UHGV virus genome: UHGV-1341758
Origin: a virus
DNA length: 14,557 bases
Reading direction: 5' to 3' (one strand)
This document shows, in pieces, positions 1-8,895 of the stretch; positions within the stretch are counted from its first letter, which is position 1; every line of letters begins with the position of its first letter. The notes beneath the pieces are model-generated. The model did not search any database. It had not been told where the DNA came from and worked only from the letters and a program-made list of their open reading frames with translations. A program made the position numbers and the translations under genes.

Positions 1-203
1 GGTCGTTTACCTCCGGCCATGTACTCGTCCGTTTCAGCCAGCATCCCGGGAGCATCAAGCTGTACCTGCTGTTGCGGTACCGAAAGACTTGCTGCCCCCA
101 TCTCGCGCCCCAGCGCGCAAAAGAAAACCCGCGCATAGGCGGGCTCCAGAAGCAGCGGTTCATTGAATGCTGCTGCAATAATGTGTGAAAGATTACGTCT
201 CAC
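1..203 (-). CDS. C: Minor capsid protein C / prohead protease (lambda C-like), N-terminal fragment running off the window edge
   Basis: Minus-strand translation of 1-203 reads ...RRNLSHIIAAAFNEPLLLEPAYARVFFCAL..., matching the recalled N-terminus of lambda gpC. It lies directly downstream of the portal gene, as in lambda. No in-frame ATG; the only candidate start is GTG at 203-201, overlapping the end of B. Start is uncertain. Confidence 0.6.
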   Translation of the reverse strand, partial: MRRNLSHIIAAAFNEPLLLEPAYARVFFCALGREMGAASLSVPQQQVQLDAPGMLAETDEYMAGGKR

Positions 204-1785
204 GTGGTGTTGTCTCCTCTTCCGGCCTGCGACTCTCCGCTATCTGCTGCTGATACGCCTGCGCTATCCACACCGGACGTGAGAGTCCGGCTTTTTCCCG
301 CTCTGCAGATTCCCTGACCTGCTGGCGGAAAATGTCCTGATAATCCTCGCCCATCAGCGCCAGCTCTTTCTCATACGTGCTCAGTCCGGCCTCAATGCGC
401 ATCACTGATTCCTGAACCTCCTTGAGCCCGTCAATGGCCATTCTTCCGGCTCCAATCCACTCAGCCCGTGACCAGGCTGATCGCGCCTGATAAAAATCAA
501 ACCGTGCCCGTGGCGGACGAATAATCCCCCGAAGAAGTGCCTCTTCCAGCCAGCAGGAAAACATCTGCGTGGCCAGCCGGGACGCAATAAATTTTCGCCG
601 CCCCATAAAATAGCGCCACGACTCATTGGCGGATGCGCGGGCACTTGAGTAACTGACCTTCGAGTAATCACGGGACAACTGTTCGTAGGAAACGCCAAGA
701 CCGGCGGCGATATACCGCAGCAGCGCCTGTTCAAGCGCCGAAAATCCATTGTCTGAATCCTGCGCGGTCTGAAGTTTCAGATCATCACCGGGGAAAAGGT
801 GCGGAATTTTGACACCGCCCAGCGTCACGCTATTCGTGTCATACCAGGTGGAGAACTTATCCAGAATATTAATAAGCGGATTATCCTTCTGCCCCTGCGG
901 CGCACCGGCGATATATTCAAAGGCCTTTTCGGTATCAAGGTCACTTTCAATCGTCGCTGCATACATCGCCTTCACTATGGCCGACTGAAGCTGTGTTGCC
1001 TGCAGGGAATCCAGCATCTTCAGCCGTTCCATAACGCTGTAAAACTGATTGGCTCCACGGGTCTGCCCGTCCTCCACCGGCTCGAAAATATGCAGCATGG
1101 CCGGACGCCCGGTGGGTAGTTCACGCGGGATCCGTTCCCATCGTCCACTCCCGGAGCGAGGAAAATCATCCTCACAGATATGGTACGCAACGGCACGGCC
1201 ATATCGATCAACCTCCACACCGGCCCGCAGAAAACGGTTCCCGATACCGTGTCCTGGCGTGTCCACCCGTTTCGGACTCACGGCTTTAAAACGCGTACGA
1301 AACAGTTGCGTACTCTCCGTATCCCAGACCGGCTGCACAAAGATTTCGCCGTTAAACGCATGAACGCCCACACCTTCACGGATAAATTCCGTAAACGTGC
1401 GTTTCCCTTCCACGTCGATCTCACCAAACATCCCTTCTGCGTATTCTGACCAGGCCGCCTCCACCTCATCGACAAAACTTTTTGCCGCGGTCTCCCGCAT
1501 CCCCAGCCAGCGCCAGTTCGGACGGTAGCTAATCAGAAACATATGCCCGACAATGTGATCCTTATGCAGGGCCACCGCATTGGCCGCTATTCCGTTATTG
1601 CGCACCAGATCATCTGCACGGGCATTCCCCAGACGCAACGCGGGCAGCAGGGCCGCATCGGCACTCTGCGAGGGTGGCAACCACTCTGCCATTTGCCCGC
1701 CAAATCCTGCACCGCCACCGGTGTAGCTGAGGCTCTCCCGAAGCGGAACGCCGTTCACATCAATCAGGACAGGCGTTCGTTTCAT
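193..1785 (-). CDS. B: Portal protein (lambda gpB-like)
   Basis: 530-aa ORF, near-identical over its full length to recalled lambda B (MKRTPVLIDVNGVPLRESLSY...). ATGA start/stop overlap with upstream W. Confidence 0.95.
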   Translation of the reverse strand: MKRTPVLIDVNGVPLRESLSYTGGGAGFGGQMAEWLPPSQSADAALLPALRLGNARADDLVRNNGIAANAVALHKDHIVGHMFLISYRPNWRWLGMRETAAKSFVDEVEAAWSEYAEGMFGEIDVEGKRTFTEFIREGVGVHAFNGEIFVQPVWDTESTQLFRTRFKAVSPKRVDTPGHGIGNRFLRAGVEVDRYGRAVAYHICEDDFPRSGSGRWERIPRELPTGRPAMLHIFEPVEDGQTRGANQFYSVMERLKMLDSLQATQLQSAIVKAMYAATIESDLDTEKAFEYIAGAPQGQKDNPLINILDKFSTWYDTNSVTLGGVKIPHLFPGDDLKLQTAQDSDNGFSALEQALLRYIAAGLGVSYEQLSRDYSKVSYSSARASANESWRYFMGRRKFIASRLATQMFSCWLEEALLRGIIRPPRARFDFYQARSAWSRAEWIGAGRMAIDGLKEVQESVMRIEAGLSTYEKELALMGEDYQDIFRQQVRESAEREKAGLSRPVWIAQAYQQQIAESRRPEEETTPRET

Positions 1786-1988
1786 AACCTCACTCCCAGC
1801 GGACGACGGCGACGGCGGGTTGTCCCCAGTACCGACTCCGCATCATTGATCGCCCGGTTAAGCTCATCCAGAGAAGCTGCCGTATATTCAATTCTGCGAC
1901 CATCTTTCTGGACAGACACCACCCGTTTACCGGTTAATAAATCAAGGCGCGCCTGACGCAGCGCCTGCAGTTCAGCGACTGTAACCAT
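1782..1988 (-). CDS. W: Head-tail joining / DNA stabilisation protein W (gpW-like)
   Basis: 68-aa ORF between terminase A and portal B, same length as lambda W, with similar core (LTGKRVVSVQKDGRRIEYTA vs lambda [20 protein letters not shown]). Confidence 0.85.
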   Translation of the reverse strand: MVTVAELQALRQARLDLLTGKRVVSVQKDGRRIEYTAASLDELNRAINDAESVLGTTRRRRRPLGVRL

Positions 1989-3900
1989 TCACTCCTCCGG
2001 ACAGCTTCGCTGCCAGTTCTTTAAGGGTTGGCCGGGTCGTCTCTTCTTCCCGGGATTTTGCCAGTACAGCCAGATCAAGCTGCCAGCGTTGCACGGACAC
2101 ACGTAATGCCGCGTAGGCATACACCAGGCAGTCCAGCGCTTCGTTACGCCGCTTTTTGTTATCCCACAGCAGACGCATCTTTCCTTTTTCCCACTTCTCC
2201 ACAAGCTCTTCCGCCACCAGTTGCTGCGCCTCTGTCTGCGAAAAAATCTCCGGATCATCAGGAAAACGGATGGCATACGACGTGGCTTCATCCGCAGGCG
2301 TGGGATCGGCTTTCATACGGGCATAGAGAATTTCTTTTGCGGTGTCCGTCCCCACTTCGCACAGATACACGCCCCGCTGATTGCGGGTTTTTGGCATGGT
2401 GATCACCGGCTTGCCATAAACAGATGCACCTTTTACCGGCAGCACCCGGAAAACACCGTGTTTTTTTGACCTCTGATAGACAATTTCGCCATCGATCCCC
2501 CCGGTGTCCCAGCAGACACGGGAAATGGTCATTTCGGTTCCGTCTGCATGGCGGTATTTTTTGTTGATCGCCACATCCACACGTAACAGCGTCTCTTCCT
2601 CATCGGGACGCCCCATAATGATGATTTTATCCACCAGAAAGGCTTCCTCTCCCGGAGCCCATCCCCAGACATACATCTCAAAACGGTTTCGCTGCGAGTC
2701 AATGCCCGCCGTCAGATAAACCACCCGGGAAGGCACCGCAGCCGTGTAACGCACAACCTTATCCATCAGCACCTGGTGATCGAGTTTTTCGCCCACGGCC
2801 TCTTCCCAGGTCTCGCCCAGCGTGGTGTTCACAAAGGTTTTCAGGCCGTTGGGATCTTTCAGTGCATCCAGCCAGTCATAGACAATCTGTACCCAGGTGG
2901 TGAACGGACTGTACGCCGTCCAGATATGGAATGTGATGGAGCGCGGCGGCGGAATTTCATTATCCGCGGCGCTGAAAAATGTCAGACCGTCACGAGTCCA
3001 CATGCCCGTGTTTTCACAGATCCACCGCCCGTTACTCTGGTCAAGCTCAGACTGATGGATCACACAGCCATGATGCTCACAAAGGTAGAAAACACTTTCT
3101 GGCTTATTCTTCTCCCACTTAAGACCGAAAGGCGAGGCATCATCGCCAAATTTCAGATACTGCTCCTCCCCACAGTGCGGACAGGGCACATAAAAACGCA
3201 TGAAATGTGCCGACTCGTTAGCGGCTTTTTCGATCTGGCAGGAGCCTTTGATTTTAGGCGTCGAGCCGCGAATGGATTTTGGCCATACAGAGCCCTCAAT
3301 ACGTTTATCCCCCAGCAGGGTTGGCGAACCCTCTTTTTCAACATCCGGTTCGAACGAGGAAAGCTCGTCATAACAAACCACATCCACGGATTTTTCACGG
3401 TAGTTTTTTGCTGCCGCTCCCCCCAGACACCAGAAACCCACACCGGAGGAAAAACGCTTCAGGGTGAGCGTATTATCGCGGTGTTTTCTTCCGAACCATG
3501 GAGCCAGCTCCAGCAATGCAGGAACATCCCTTATCGTTGGCTCAACATGAGATTTCATAAAATCTTCAGCAGCTGAGTCCGTGGGCTGAAAAAGAAGGCT
3601 GTTGCGTGATTTATGCTCAATAAAATAAGCCTCCACTCCCAGCAACATCTTTGTATAACCAACACGGGCAGATTTAATCAGGTTAACAGTGCGAATCAAA
3701 TCGTTGCCCATACAGTTCATGATGCCAACCTGAAACGGCAGTGTTTCCCACCGCCCCGGGGTATAAGACGACTCTTTAGGAAGGTAATAATGTTTATTGG
3801 CCCACTGAACTGTCGTCAGTGGAACAGGAATAATGAGAGATAAAAGCCCTGTAGCTATCGCACCGGCTGCATTAGCTGCCTTCTGTGCGTCTGAAATCAT
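1972..3900 (-). CDS. A: Terminase large subunit (lambda gpA-like)
   Basis: Strong full-length similarity to lambda A ([23 protein letters not shown](S/T)[34 protein letters not shown]). The ORF track begins at 3942, but ATG at 3900-3898 gives the same 37-residue spacing before YYLPKE as lambda and a 29-nt overlap with the Nu1 stop. Start could be 3942. Confidence 0.92.
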   Translation of the reverse strand: MISDAQKAANAAGAIATGLLSLIIPVPLTTVQWANKHYYLPKESSYTPGRWETLPFQVGIMNCMGNDLIRTVNLIKSARVGYTKMLLGVEAYFIEHKSRNSLLFQPTDSAAEDFMKSHVEPTIRDVPALLELAPWFGRKHRDNTLTLKRFSSGVGFWCLGGAAAKNYREKSVDVVCYDELSSFEPDVEKEGSPTLLGDKRIEGSVWPKSIRGSTPKIKGSCQIEKAANESAHFMRFYVPCPHCGEEQYLKFGDDASPFGLKWEKNKPESVFYLCEHHGCVIHQSELDQSNGRWICENTGMWTRDGLTFFSAADNEIPPPRSITFHIWTAYSPFTTWVQIVYDWLDALKDPNGLKTFVNTTLGETWEEAVGEKLDHQVLMDKVVRYTAAVPSRVVYLTAGIDSQRNRFEMYVWGWAPGEEAFLVDKIIIMGRPDEEETLLRVDVAINKKYRHADGTEMTISRVCWDTGGIDGEIVYQRSKKHGVFRVLPVKGASVYGKPVITMPKTRNQRGVYLCEVGTDTAKEILYARMKADPTPADEATSYAIRFPDDPEIFSQTEAQQLVAEELVEKWEKGKMRLLWDNKKRRNEALDCLVYAYAALRVSVQRWQLDLAVLAKSREEETTRPTLKELAAKLSGGVNGYSR

Positions 3901-4420
3901 CGATCCACCCGCCCACGTTTTCACCGGCCTTAGCTGCAACATTGGAGGCTTTCGCGATTTCAGTTTTCACCACATCAAGGTGTGATGGTGAAATGTCCGG
4001 ATATTTACGCTGTAATGTCAACGGCACACGCACAAGTATCCCCGAAATCTCCTGTGCCACACGTTGCAGAATGAAGGTAAACAGTTCAGTTTCCAGCACC
4101 ACTCCGTCTTCACGGGCATTTTTCAGTTCCTGCGCATCTGCCTGCGCTTTTGTGAGCCGGTAGCGTTCATAGTCAATGGTGCCGGGTTGTAAATCTGACT
4201 CCGCTGCCGCACGCAAATCGGCCAGTTCTTTGCGGAGCTTTTCGTTTTCGATATCAGTTTCCCTCTGCGCATACCACTGAATTGCCATGGCAGTATCAAA
4301 TACAGATTCAATGCCCTTACTGCCTTTGGAGACGCAAGGGAGCCCCTGAGACTGCCAGCGTTCAATCGTCCGCGGGTCCACGTTAAAAATTTCGGCAAGC
4401 CTCTTTTTATTAACCTTCAT
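3872..4420 (-). CDS. nu1: Terminase small subunit (lambda gpNu1-like), N-terminal winged-HTH cosB-binding domain
   Basis: From ATG at 4420-4418 the protein reads [28 protein letters not shown]..., which aligns with lambda Nu1 (MEVNKKQLADIFGASIRTIQNWQEQGMP...); C-terminal DLQPGTI(D/E)YERYRLT(K/R)[12 protein letters not shown] is conserved. The ORF-track extension to 4660 reads through the AT-rich cos region (MIIIIIL...) and is not real. Confidence 0.9.
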   Translation of the reverse strand: MKVNKKRLAEIFNVDPRTIERWQSQGLPCVSKGSKGIESVFDTAMAIQWYAQRETDIENEKLRKELADLRAAAESDLQPGTIDYERYRLTKAQADAQELKNAREDGVVLETELFTFILQRVAQEISGILVRVPLTLQRKYPDISPSHLDVVKTEIAKASNVAAKAGENVGGWIDDFRRTEGS

Positions 4421-4660
4421 AGAACAACCCATTATCAAATACAAGGCCCGACATGAAAACGCCAGAAAAAGGCATTTTCGGACACTTTCATGTCGGACAT
4501 TTATGAATGCAATATTAAAAAAAAACAAAAAGTTATATTCGAGAAGTACCGACACGATTTTCCCTGAAAAATTTTCATAAATAGTGAAAAACCGCGAGGT
4601 CGCCGCCCCGTAACCTGTCGGATCGCCGGAAAGGACCCGCAAAATGATAATAATTATCAT
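4421..4660 (-). other. cos packaging site: cosB (R-like sites plus AT-rich IHF-like spacer), cosN, and a putative cosQ side
   Basis: Minus-strand sequence upstream of Nu1 reads GGGCGGCGACCTCGCGGTTTTTCACTATTTATGAAAATTTT, almost identical to the lambda left end/cosN as recalled. Between cosN and Nu1 are repeated TGTCGG/TGTCCGA motifs (about 4446-4457, 4472-4502, 4541-4557) flanking an AT-rich block (about 4501-4540), the R3-I1-R2-R1 layout of lambda cosB. Confidence 0.8.
4597..4608 (-). other. cosN 12-nt cohesive-end sequence (GGGCGGCGACCT on the minus strand)
   Basis: Exact match to the lambda 12-nt cohesive end (recalled), in the expected position and orientation relative to Nu1. Confidence 0.8.
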
Positions 4661-4807
4661 CTACATGTCACAACGTGCATCTACGCCATCAAACCACGTC
4701 AAATAATCAATTATGACGCAGGTATCGTATTAATTGATCTGCATCAACTTAACGTAAAAACAACTTCAGACAATACAAATCAGCGACACTGAATACGGGA
4801 CAACCTC

Positions 4808-5041
4808 ATGTCAACGAAGAACAGAACCCGCAGAACAACAACCCGCAACATCCGCTTTCCTAACCAAATGATTGAACAAATTAACATCGCTCTTGATCAA
4901 AAAGGGTCCGGGAATTTCTCAGCCTGGGTCATTGAAGCCTGCCGCCGGAGACTGTGCTCAGAAAAAAGAGTTTCTCCTGAAGCAAACAAAGAAAAGAGTG
5001 ACATTACTGAATTGCTCAGAAAACAGATCAGACCAGATTGA
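4808..5041 (+). CDS. Small basic protein with ribbon-helix-helix-like N-terminus (possibly DUF3950/YlcI-like); accessory gene on the strand opposite the late operon
   Basis: 77-aa ORF with RNIRFPNQMIEQINIAL, a beta-strand-then-helix pattern typical of RHH DNA-binding proteins. It sits between cos and the lysis genes, opposite in orientation to the late operon. Family assignment is from memory only. Confidence 0.55.
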   Translation: MSTKNRTRRTTTRNIRFPNQMIEQINIALDQKGSGNFSAWVIEACRRRLCSEKRVSPEANKEKSDITELLRKQIRPD

Positions 5042-5097
5042 AGCAATTTAGATAATCGTGCAGACTACGCCCCTCATATCACATGGAAGGTACTACA

Positions 5098-5508
5098 ATG
5101 GCTCAGGTTGCCATTTTTAAACAAATATTCGATAAAGTGCGAAATAATTTAAACTATCACTGGTTTTATTCTGAACTAAAACGTCACAATGTCTCACATT
5201 ACATTTACTATTTAGCTACAGAGAATATTCATCTTGTTCTTGAAAACGATAATACGGTTTTAATAAAAGGACAGGGTAAGGTTGTAAATGTAAGATTTTC
5301 AAAAAATAAATGCCTTATAGAAGCCACCTTAAAAGGATTCAAATCAGGAGAGTTATCATTTTACGAATACAGGAAAAATCTTGCTACAGCAGGGGTTTTC
5401 AGATGGATTACAAATATCCACGAAAACAAAAGGTATTACTATACCTTTGATAATTCATTACTCTTTACTGAGAACATTCAGAACACTACACAAATATTTC
5501 CGCACTAA
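5098..5508 (+). CDS. AT-rich moron protein, possibly DUF1398 (YbcV/YdfO-like); function unknown
   Basis: Coding region is visibly AT-rich (roughly 30-35% GC by eye) against about 50% in the flanks. GGAAGG sits 7 nt upstream of ATG at 5098, favouring this start (136 aa) over the ORF-track start at 5083. Opposite strand to the late genes. Family assignment is from memory. Confidence 0.6.
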   Translation: MAQVAIFKQIFDKVRNNLNYHWFYSELKRHNVSHYIYYLATENIHLVLENDNTVLIKGQGKVVNVRFSKNKCLIEATLKGFKSGELSFYEYRKNLATAGVFRWITNIHENKRYYYTFDNSLLFTENIQNTTQIFPH

Positions 5509-5764
5509 ATCATAACGTCCGGTTTCTTCCGTGCCAGAACCGGACTCGCTGGCATGATGAAATATGTGTACCCGGTAACCCCGGTGTGCATCGTTTTTGA
5601 TTATTCCCGCACACTCGCGCAGAAGGAGTTCCCCGTCGGGCTACGGTCTCTGTTAATACGGGAATACGGCGACGATACAGCGCATGATGTGTCAGGCTTG
5701 AATACCTTTATCCTTTAAAAGGGATATCAGTTAAGTTATCCCGTGTAGGGTATAAACCATTATC

Positions 5765-5796
5765 AAAGCCACTCTGTAGGAAGTGGCTTTTGTAAT
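5765..5796 (+). terminator. Putative intrinsic terminator for the plus-strand moron transcript
   Basis: Perfect 9-bp inverted repeat AAAGCCACT (5765-5773) / AGTGGCTTT (5782-5790) with an 8-nt loop, followed by TTTTGT. Confidence 0.45.
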
Positions 5797-5800
5797 GGCA

Positions 5801-5825
5801 ATAAAAAGCCCCGCGAATGCGAGGC
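5801..5825 (-). terminator. Putative intrinsic terminator on the minus strand downstream of Rz
   Basis: Minus-strand GCCTCGC-ATTC-GCGGGGC (7-bp stem with one G-U pair) followed by TTTTTAT. It is convergent with the plus-strand hairpin at 5765-5796. Confidence 0.4.
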
Positions 5826-5999
5826 TAAATCCTGGTATTTGTAATGACTGGCTCTTATCTCAACGCAGCCCCTTACCGCGCGCAAAATGCTCAATATCAA
5901 GCATCAGCAATGAGATGTTTAATCTGGATTCACTCCAGAAGTGAGCACCACCCTGTCTACAGAGCCAGATGTGAAGGATGATGAGTAAAATTATCGCTA

Positions 6000-6467
6000 T
6001 CATCGAAGGCATTGCGTCCTGATGTATTCCTGAAGCGTTCTCAGTGCTGTTTGGTCGCGGATAATTCCGTCCCGGATACCGAGAACGTTTCGTCCAGCAA
6101 CTGGAGAGAGTTCGACGGTGGCATCATTGCCCATGCCGGAGGCGCTGGAGGTTTCAGCTGAGGATGGCACAGGGCATTTTCCTTTGACGAGCACCCGACC
6201 ACCATTATCAAGCTTGCGCCGAAGAGCATCATTTTCAGCTTTCGCATCAGCTAACTCCTTCGTGTATTTTGCATCGAGCGCAGCAACATCACGCTGACGC
6301 ATCTGCATGTCAGTAATTGCCGCGTTCGCCAGCTTCAGTTCTCTGGCATTTTTGTCGCGCTGGGCTTTGTAGGTAATGGCGTTATCGCGGTAATGATTAA
6401 CAGCCCATGACAAGCAAACGATGATGCAGATAACCAGAGCGGAAATAATCGCGGTTACTCTGCTCAT
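6000..6467 (-). CDS. Rz: Spanin inner-membrane subunit Rz (i-spanin)
   Basis: First ~83 residues look identical to recalled lambda Rz ([83 protein letters not shown]); the C-terminal half diverges. ATGA overlap with R. Confidence 0.9.
   Translation of the reverse strand: MSRVTAIISALVICIIVCLSWAVNHYRDNAITYKAQRDKNARELKLANAAITDMQMRQRDVAALDAKYTKELADAKAENDALRRKLDNGGRVLVKGKCPVPSSAETSSASGMGNDATVELSPVAGRNVLGIRDGIIRDQTALRTLQEYIRTQCLR
6041..6247 (-). CDS. Rz1: Spanin outer-membrane lipoprotein subunit Rz1 (o-spanin), embedded in Rz in another frame
   Basis: ORF wholly inside Rz in a different frame, with lipobox-like LIMVVGC and a proline-rich segment KPPAPPAW (lambda Rz1 has VVGC and KPPPPPAW). The true start may be an internal Met. 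Confidence 0.8.
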   Translation of the reverse strand: MRKLKMMLFGASLIMVVGCSSKENALCHPQLKPPAPPAWAMMPPSNSLQLLDETFSVSGTELSATKQH

Positions 6468-6940
6468 ACCTCAATCTCTCTGACCGTTCCGCCTGCTTCT
6501 TTGAATTTTGCAATCAGGCTGTCAGCCTTATGCTCGAACTGACCGTAACCAGCGCCCGGCAACGAAGCCCAGATATTGCTGCAACGGTCGATAGCCTGAC
6601 GAATATCACCACGATCAATCATCGGTAAAGCGCCACGTTCTTTAATCTGCTGCAATGCCACAGCGTCCTGGCTTTTGGGGGAGAAGTCTTTCAAACCAAG
6701 CTGTTTACGGTAAGCATCCCACCAACGGGAAAGAAGCTGGTAGCGTCCGGCGGCTGTTGATTTGAGTTTGGGGTTTAGCGTGACAAGTTTGCGAGGGTGA
6801 TCGGAGTAATCAGTGAATAGCTCTCCGCCAACAATGACGTCATAACCATGATTTCTGGTTTTCTGCCGTCCGTTATCAGTTCCCTCTGACCACGCCAGCA
6901 TATCGAGGAACGCCTTACGTTGATTATTGATTTCCACCAT
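6464..6940 (-). CDS. R: Endolysin R (lambda-type lytic transglycosylase)
   Basis: 158-aa ORF matching recalled lambda R throughout ([51 protein letters not shown]...). Confidence 0.95.
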   Translation of the reverse strand: MVEINNQRKAFLDMLAWSEGTDNGRQKTRNHGYDVIVGGELFTDYSDHPRKLVTLNPKLKSTAAGRYQLLSRWWDAYRKQLGLKDFSPKSQDAVALQQIKERGALPMIDRGDIRQAIDRCSNIWASLPGAGYGQFEHKADSLIAKFKEAGGTVREIEV

Positions 6941-7247
6941 CTTCTACTCCAGCTTTTTTAGCAGCGAAGCGTTTGATAAGCGAACCAATCGAGTCAGTAC
7001 CGATGTAGCCGATGAACACGCTCGTTATATAAGCGAGATTGCTACTTAGTCCGGCGAAGTCGAGAAGGTCACGAATGAACCAGGCGATAATGGCGCACAT
7101 CGTTGCGTCGATTACTGTTTTTGTAAACGCACCGCCATTATATCTGCCGCGAAGGTACGCCATTGCAAACGCAAGGATTGCCCCGATGCCTTGTTCCTTT
7201 GCCGCAAGAATGGCGGCTAACAGGTCATGTTTTTCTGGCATCTTCAT
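6924..7247 (-). CDS. S: Holin S (class I holin with dual-start S107 antiholin / S105 holin)
   Basis: 107-aa ORF matching recalled lambda S; begins Met-Lys-Met ([10 protein letters not shown]...), the dual-start motif. Confidence 0.95.
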   Translation of the reverse strand: MKMPEKHDLLAAILAAKEQGIGAILAFAMAYLRGRYNGGAFTKTVIDATMCAIIAWFIRDLLDFAGLSSNLAYITSVFIGYIGTDSIGSLIKRFAAKKAGVEDGGNQ

Positions 7248-7472
7248 GTCTTAGCCCCAATAAGGGGATTTGCTCTATTTAATTAGGAATAAGGGCAAAA
7301 CGGCAGGAGGTTGTTAGCGCAACCTCTTGCCACCCGCTTTCACGAAGCCAGCCATTGCGCTGGTTTTCTTTTATGCAAAGCACACCGCACCGTAGCCACA
7401 GCGGATAAGGTGATTATTTTTGTCTGTCTGGTATTTGGTTTGATGTGCTTTCAGAAAGGTCGTGATTAAAAC

Positions 7473-7502
7473 GCAAAAAGCCCCGAGCTATTAACTCAGG
7501 GC
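7473..7502 (-). terminator. tR'-like intrinsic terminator downstream of the late promoter
   Basis: Minus-strand hairpin GCCCTGAG-TTAATAG-CTCGGGGC (8-bp stem with one G-U pair) followed by TTTTTGC, about 30-60 nt downstream of the pR' -10. Confidence 0.6.
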
Positions 7503-7530
7503 TTTATTTAACGAGTGCATTTATCCATCG

Positions 7531-7570
7531 TTGAGTCAAATTTACCCAACTTTATTCAAAAAGTCAATAT
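7531..7570 (-). promoter_or_regulatory. Late promoter pR' with overlapping Q-utilisation (qut) site
   Basis: Minus strand reads TTGACT-TTTTGAATAAAGTTGGG-TAAATT-TGACTCAACGATGG. This is -35 TTGACT (7567-7562), 17-bp spacer, -10 TAAATT (7544-7539), nearly identical to the lambda pR'/qut region as recalled, and sits just downstream of Q. Confidence 0.75.
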
Positions 7571-7609
7571 CATGCCGTTAATATGTTGCCATCCGTGGAA
7601 ATCATGCTG

Positions 7610-8233
7610 CTAACGTGTGACCGCATTCAAAATGTTGTCTGCGATTGACTCTTCTTTGTGGCATTGCACCACCAGAGCGTCATACAGCGGCTTAACAGTG
7701 CGTGACCAGGTGGGTTGAGTAAGGTTTGGGATTAGCATCGTTACAGCGCGATATGCGGCGCTTGCTGGCATTCTTGAATAGCCGACACCTTTGCATCTTC
7801 CGCACTCTTTCTCAACAACTCTCCCCCACTGCTCCGTTTTGGCTATATCAACCGCACGGCCTGTACCGTGGCAATCTCTGCATCTTGCCCCCGGCGTCGC
7901 GGCACTACGGCAATAATCTGCATAAGCGAATGTTGCGAGCACTTGCAGTACCTTTGCCTTAGTATTTCCTTCAAGCTTTGCCACACCACGGTATTTCCCC
8001 GATACCTTGTGTGCAAATTGCATCAGATAGTTGATAGCCTTTTGTTTGTCGTTCTGGCTGAGTTCATGCTTACCGCAGAATGCAGCCATTCCGAATCCGG
8101 CTTGTGATTGCGCCATCCCCATAGCAGCCATCACATCAGTACCGGAAAGAGAGTCAGAAGCCGTAGCCCGTGGTGAGTCGCTCATCATCGGGCTTTTTGG
8201 CGAATGAAATTTAGCTACGCTTTCGAGTCTCAT
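7610..8233 (-). CDS. Q: Late-gene antiterminator Q (lambda Q type)
   Basis: 207-aa ORF matching recalled lambda Q ([31 protein letters not shown]...; zinc-finger cysteines CRDCHGTG...CGRCKG). ATGA overlap with the upstream phosphatase gene. Confidence 0.95.
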   Translation of the reverse strand: MRLESVAKFHSPKSPMMSDSPRATASDSLSGTDVMAAMGMAQSQAGFGMAAFCGKHELSQNDKQKAINYLMQFAHKVSGKYRGVAKLEGNTKAKVLQVLATFAYADYCRSAATPGARCRDCHGTGRAVDIAKTEQWGRVVEKECGRCKGVGYSRMPASAAYRAVTMLIPNLTQPTWSRTVKPLYDALVVQCHKEESIADNILNAVTR

Positions 8234-8895
8234 GCGCCTTCTCCCTGTACCTGAATCAATGTGAGGTTTCCGCAGAACACTGCGCCGGTATCGATATACA
8301 TCTGGTTGGCAAATTTGAGTGGTTTCACTGCTGGCGTATGACCAAAGATGAACGTGTCCGCGCCTTTGATTTCTTTCACGATCCCGTCTTGTGAGTTGCC
8401 GATTCGTTCGCGGTTCCAGATTACCTGCTGATGATCAACTGGCTTTCCAAACTCGTATTCATCACAAGGATAATCGGCGTGGCAAATGACATATTTTTTA
8501 CCTTTGCTCACCAGTTCGATGATTAACGGAAGTTCATCTGCTTTATGGGCAAGAGCTTTAGCCAGAATTTCTTTGTCGTAATCGAGATTAAAGAACCAGC
8601 CACCGCCATTAAGCAGCCAGTGATTAACGTTTCCACGCTCTGATAAGCCATCAATCATCATTTGCTCATGGTTTCCACGTACAGCTCTGAACCAGGGGAA
8701 TGTGATTAATTCCAGGCATTCAACGTTCTCTGCACCACGATCAACCAAATCGCCCACCGAGATAAGCAGGTCTTTTTTGTTGTCGAATCCAATCGTATCC
8801 AGTTTGTTCATCAGGTTCGTGTAGCATTCGTGCAGATCGCCAACTACCCAAATATTTCGGTATTTGCTGCCATCAATTTTTTCGTAATAGCGCAT
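8230..8895 (-). CDS. ninI: Ser/Thr protein phosphatase (lambda PPase, NinI/orf221), PPP-family metallophosphatase
   Basis: From ATG at 8895 the protein is 221 aa ([22 protein letters not shown]...), matching recalled lambda phosphatase, with GDxVDRG and GNHE motifs present. The ORF-track start at 8970 is an upstream extension. Residue 23 is E where G is expected in GDLHG. Confidence 0.93.
   Translation of the reverse strand: MRYYEKIDGSKYRNIWVVGDLHECYTNLMNKLDTIGFDNKKDLLISVGDLVDRGAENVECLELITFPWFRAVRGNHEQMMIDGLSERGNVNHWLLNGGGWFFNLDYDKEILAKALAHKADELPLIIELVSKGKKYVICHADYPCDEYEFGKPVDHQQVIWNRERIGNSQDGIVKEIKGADTFIFGHTPAVKPLKFANQMYIDTGAVFCGNLTLIQVQGEGA

Noticed and set aside
799-1449. Several plus-strand ORFs (799-1119, 1049-1363, 1180-1449) and minus-strand ORFs 402-749 and 1020-1220
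   Set aside because: All lie within or antisense to the portal gene, whose frame matches lambda B end to end; treated as spurious alternative-frame ORFs.
2776-3576. 266-aa plus-strand ORF
   Set aside because: Fully antisense to the well-supported terminase large-subunit gene; no RBS or motif support. Treated as a chance antisense ORF.
4645-4659. Fur-box-like AT-rich near-palindrome TGATAATAATTATCA next to cos
   Set aside because: It resembles the Fur consensus only loosely and sits in the cosQ-side AT-rich DNA conserved in lambda; more likely packaging-related or coincidental.
4421-4660. N-terminal 80-residue extension of the Nu1 ORF in the ORF track ([14 protein letters not shown]...)
   Set aside because: It reads straight through the AT-rich cosB/cosN region and has no homology; the lambda-like Nu1 start (MKVNKK) with an upstream purine-rich stretch is at 4420.
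4660-4807. Sigma-70 promoter for the plus-strand RHH moron gene (e.g. TTGATC near 4734-4739)
   Set aside because: Candidate hexamers are weak and the -10 is not convincing; a promoter probably exists here but I cannot place it from sequence alone.
5830-5999. Remnant of the lambda bor lipoprotein gene downstream of Rz
   Set aside because: Translating both strands gave no Bor-like peptide (signal peptide with lipobox); only short frames without homology.
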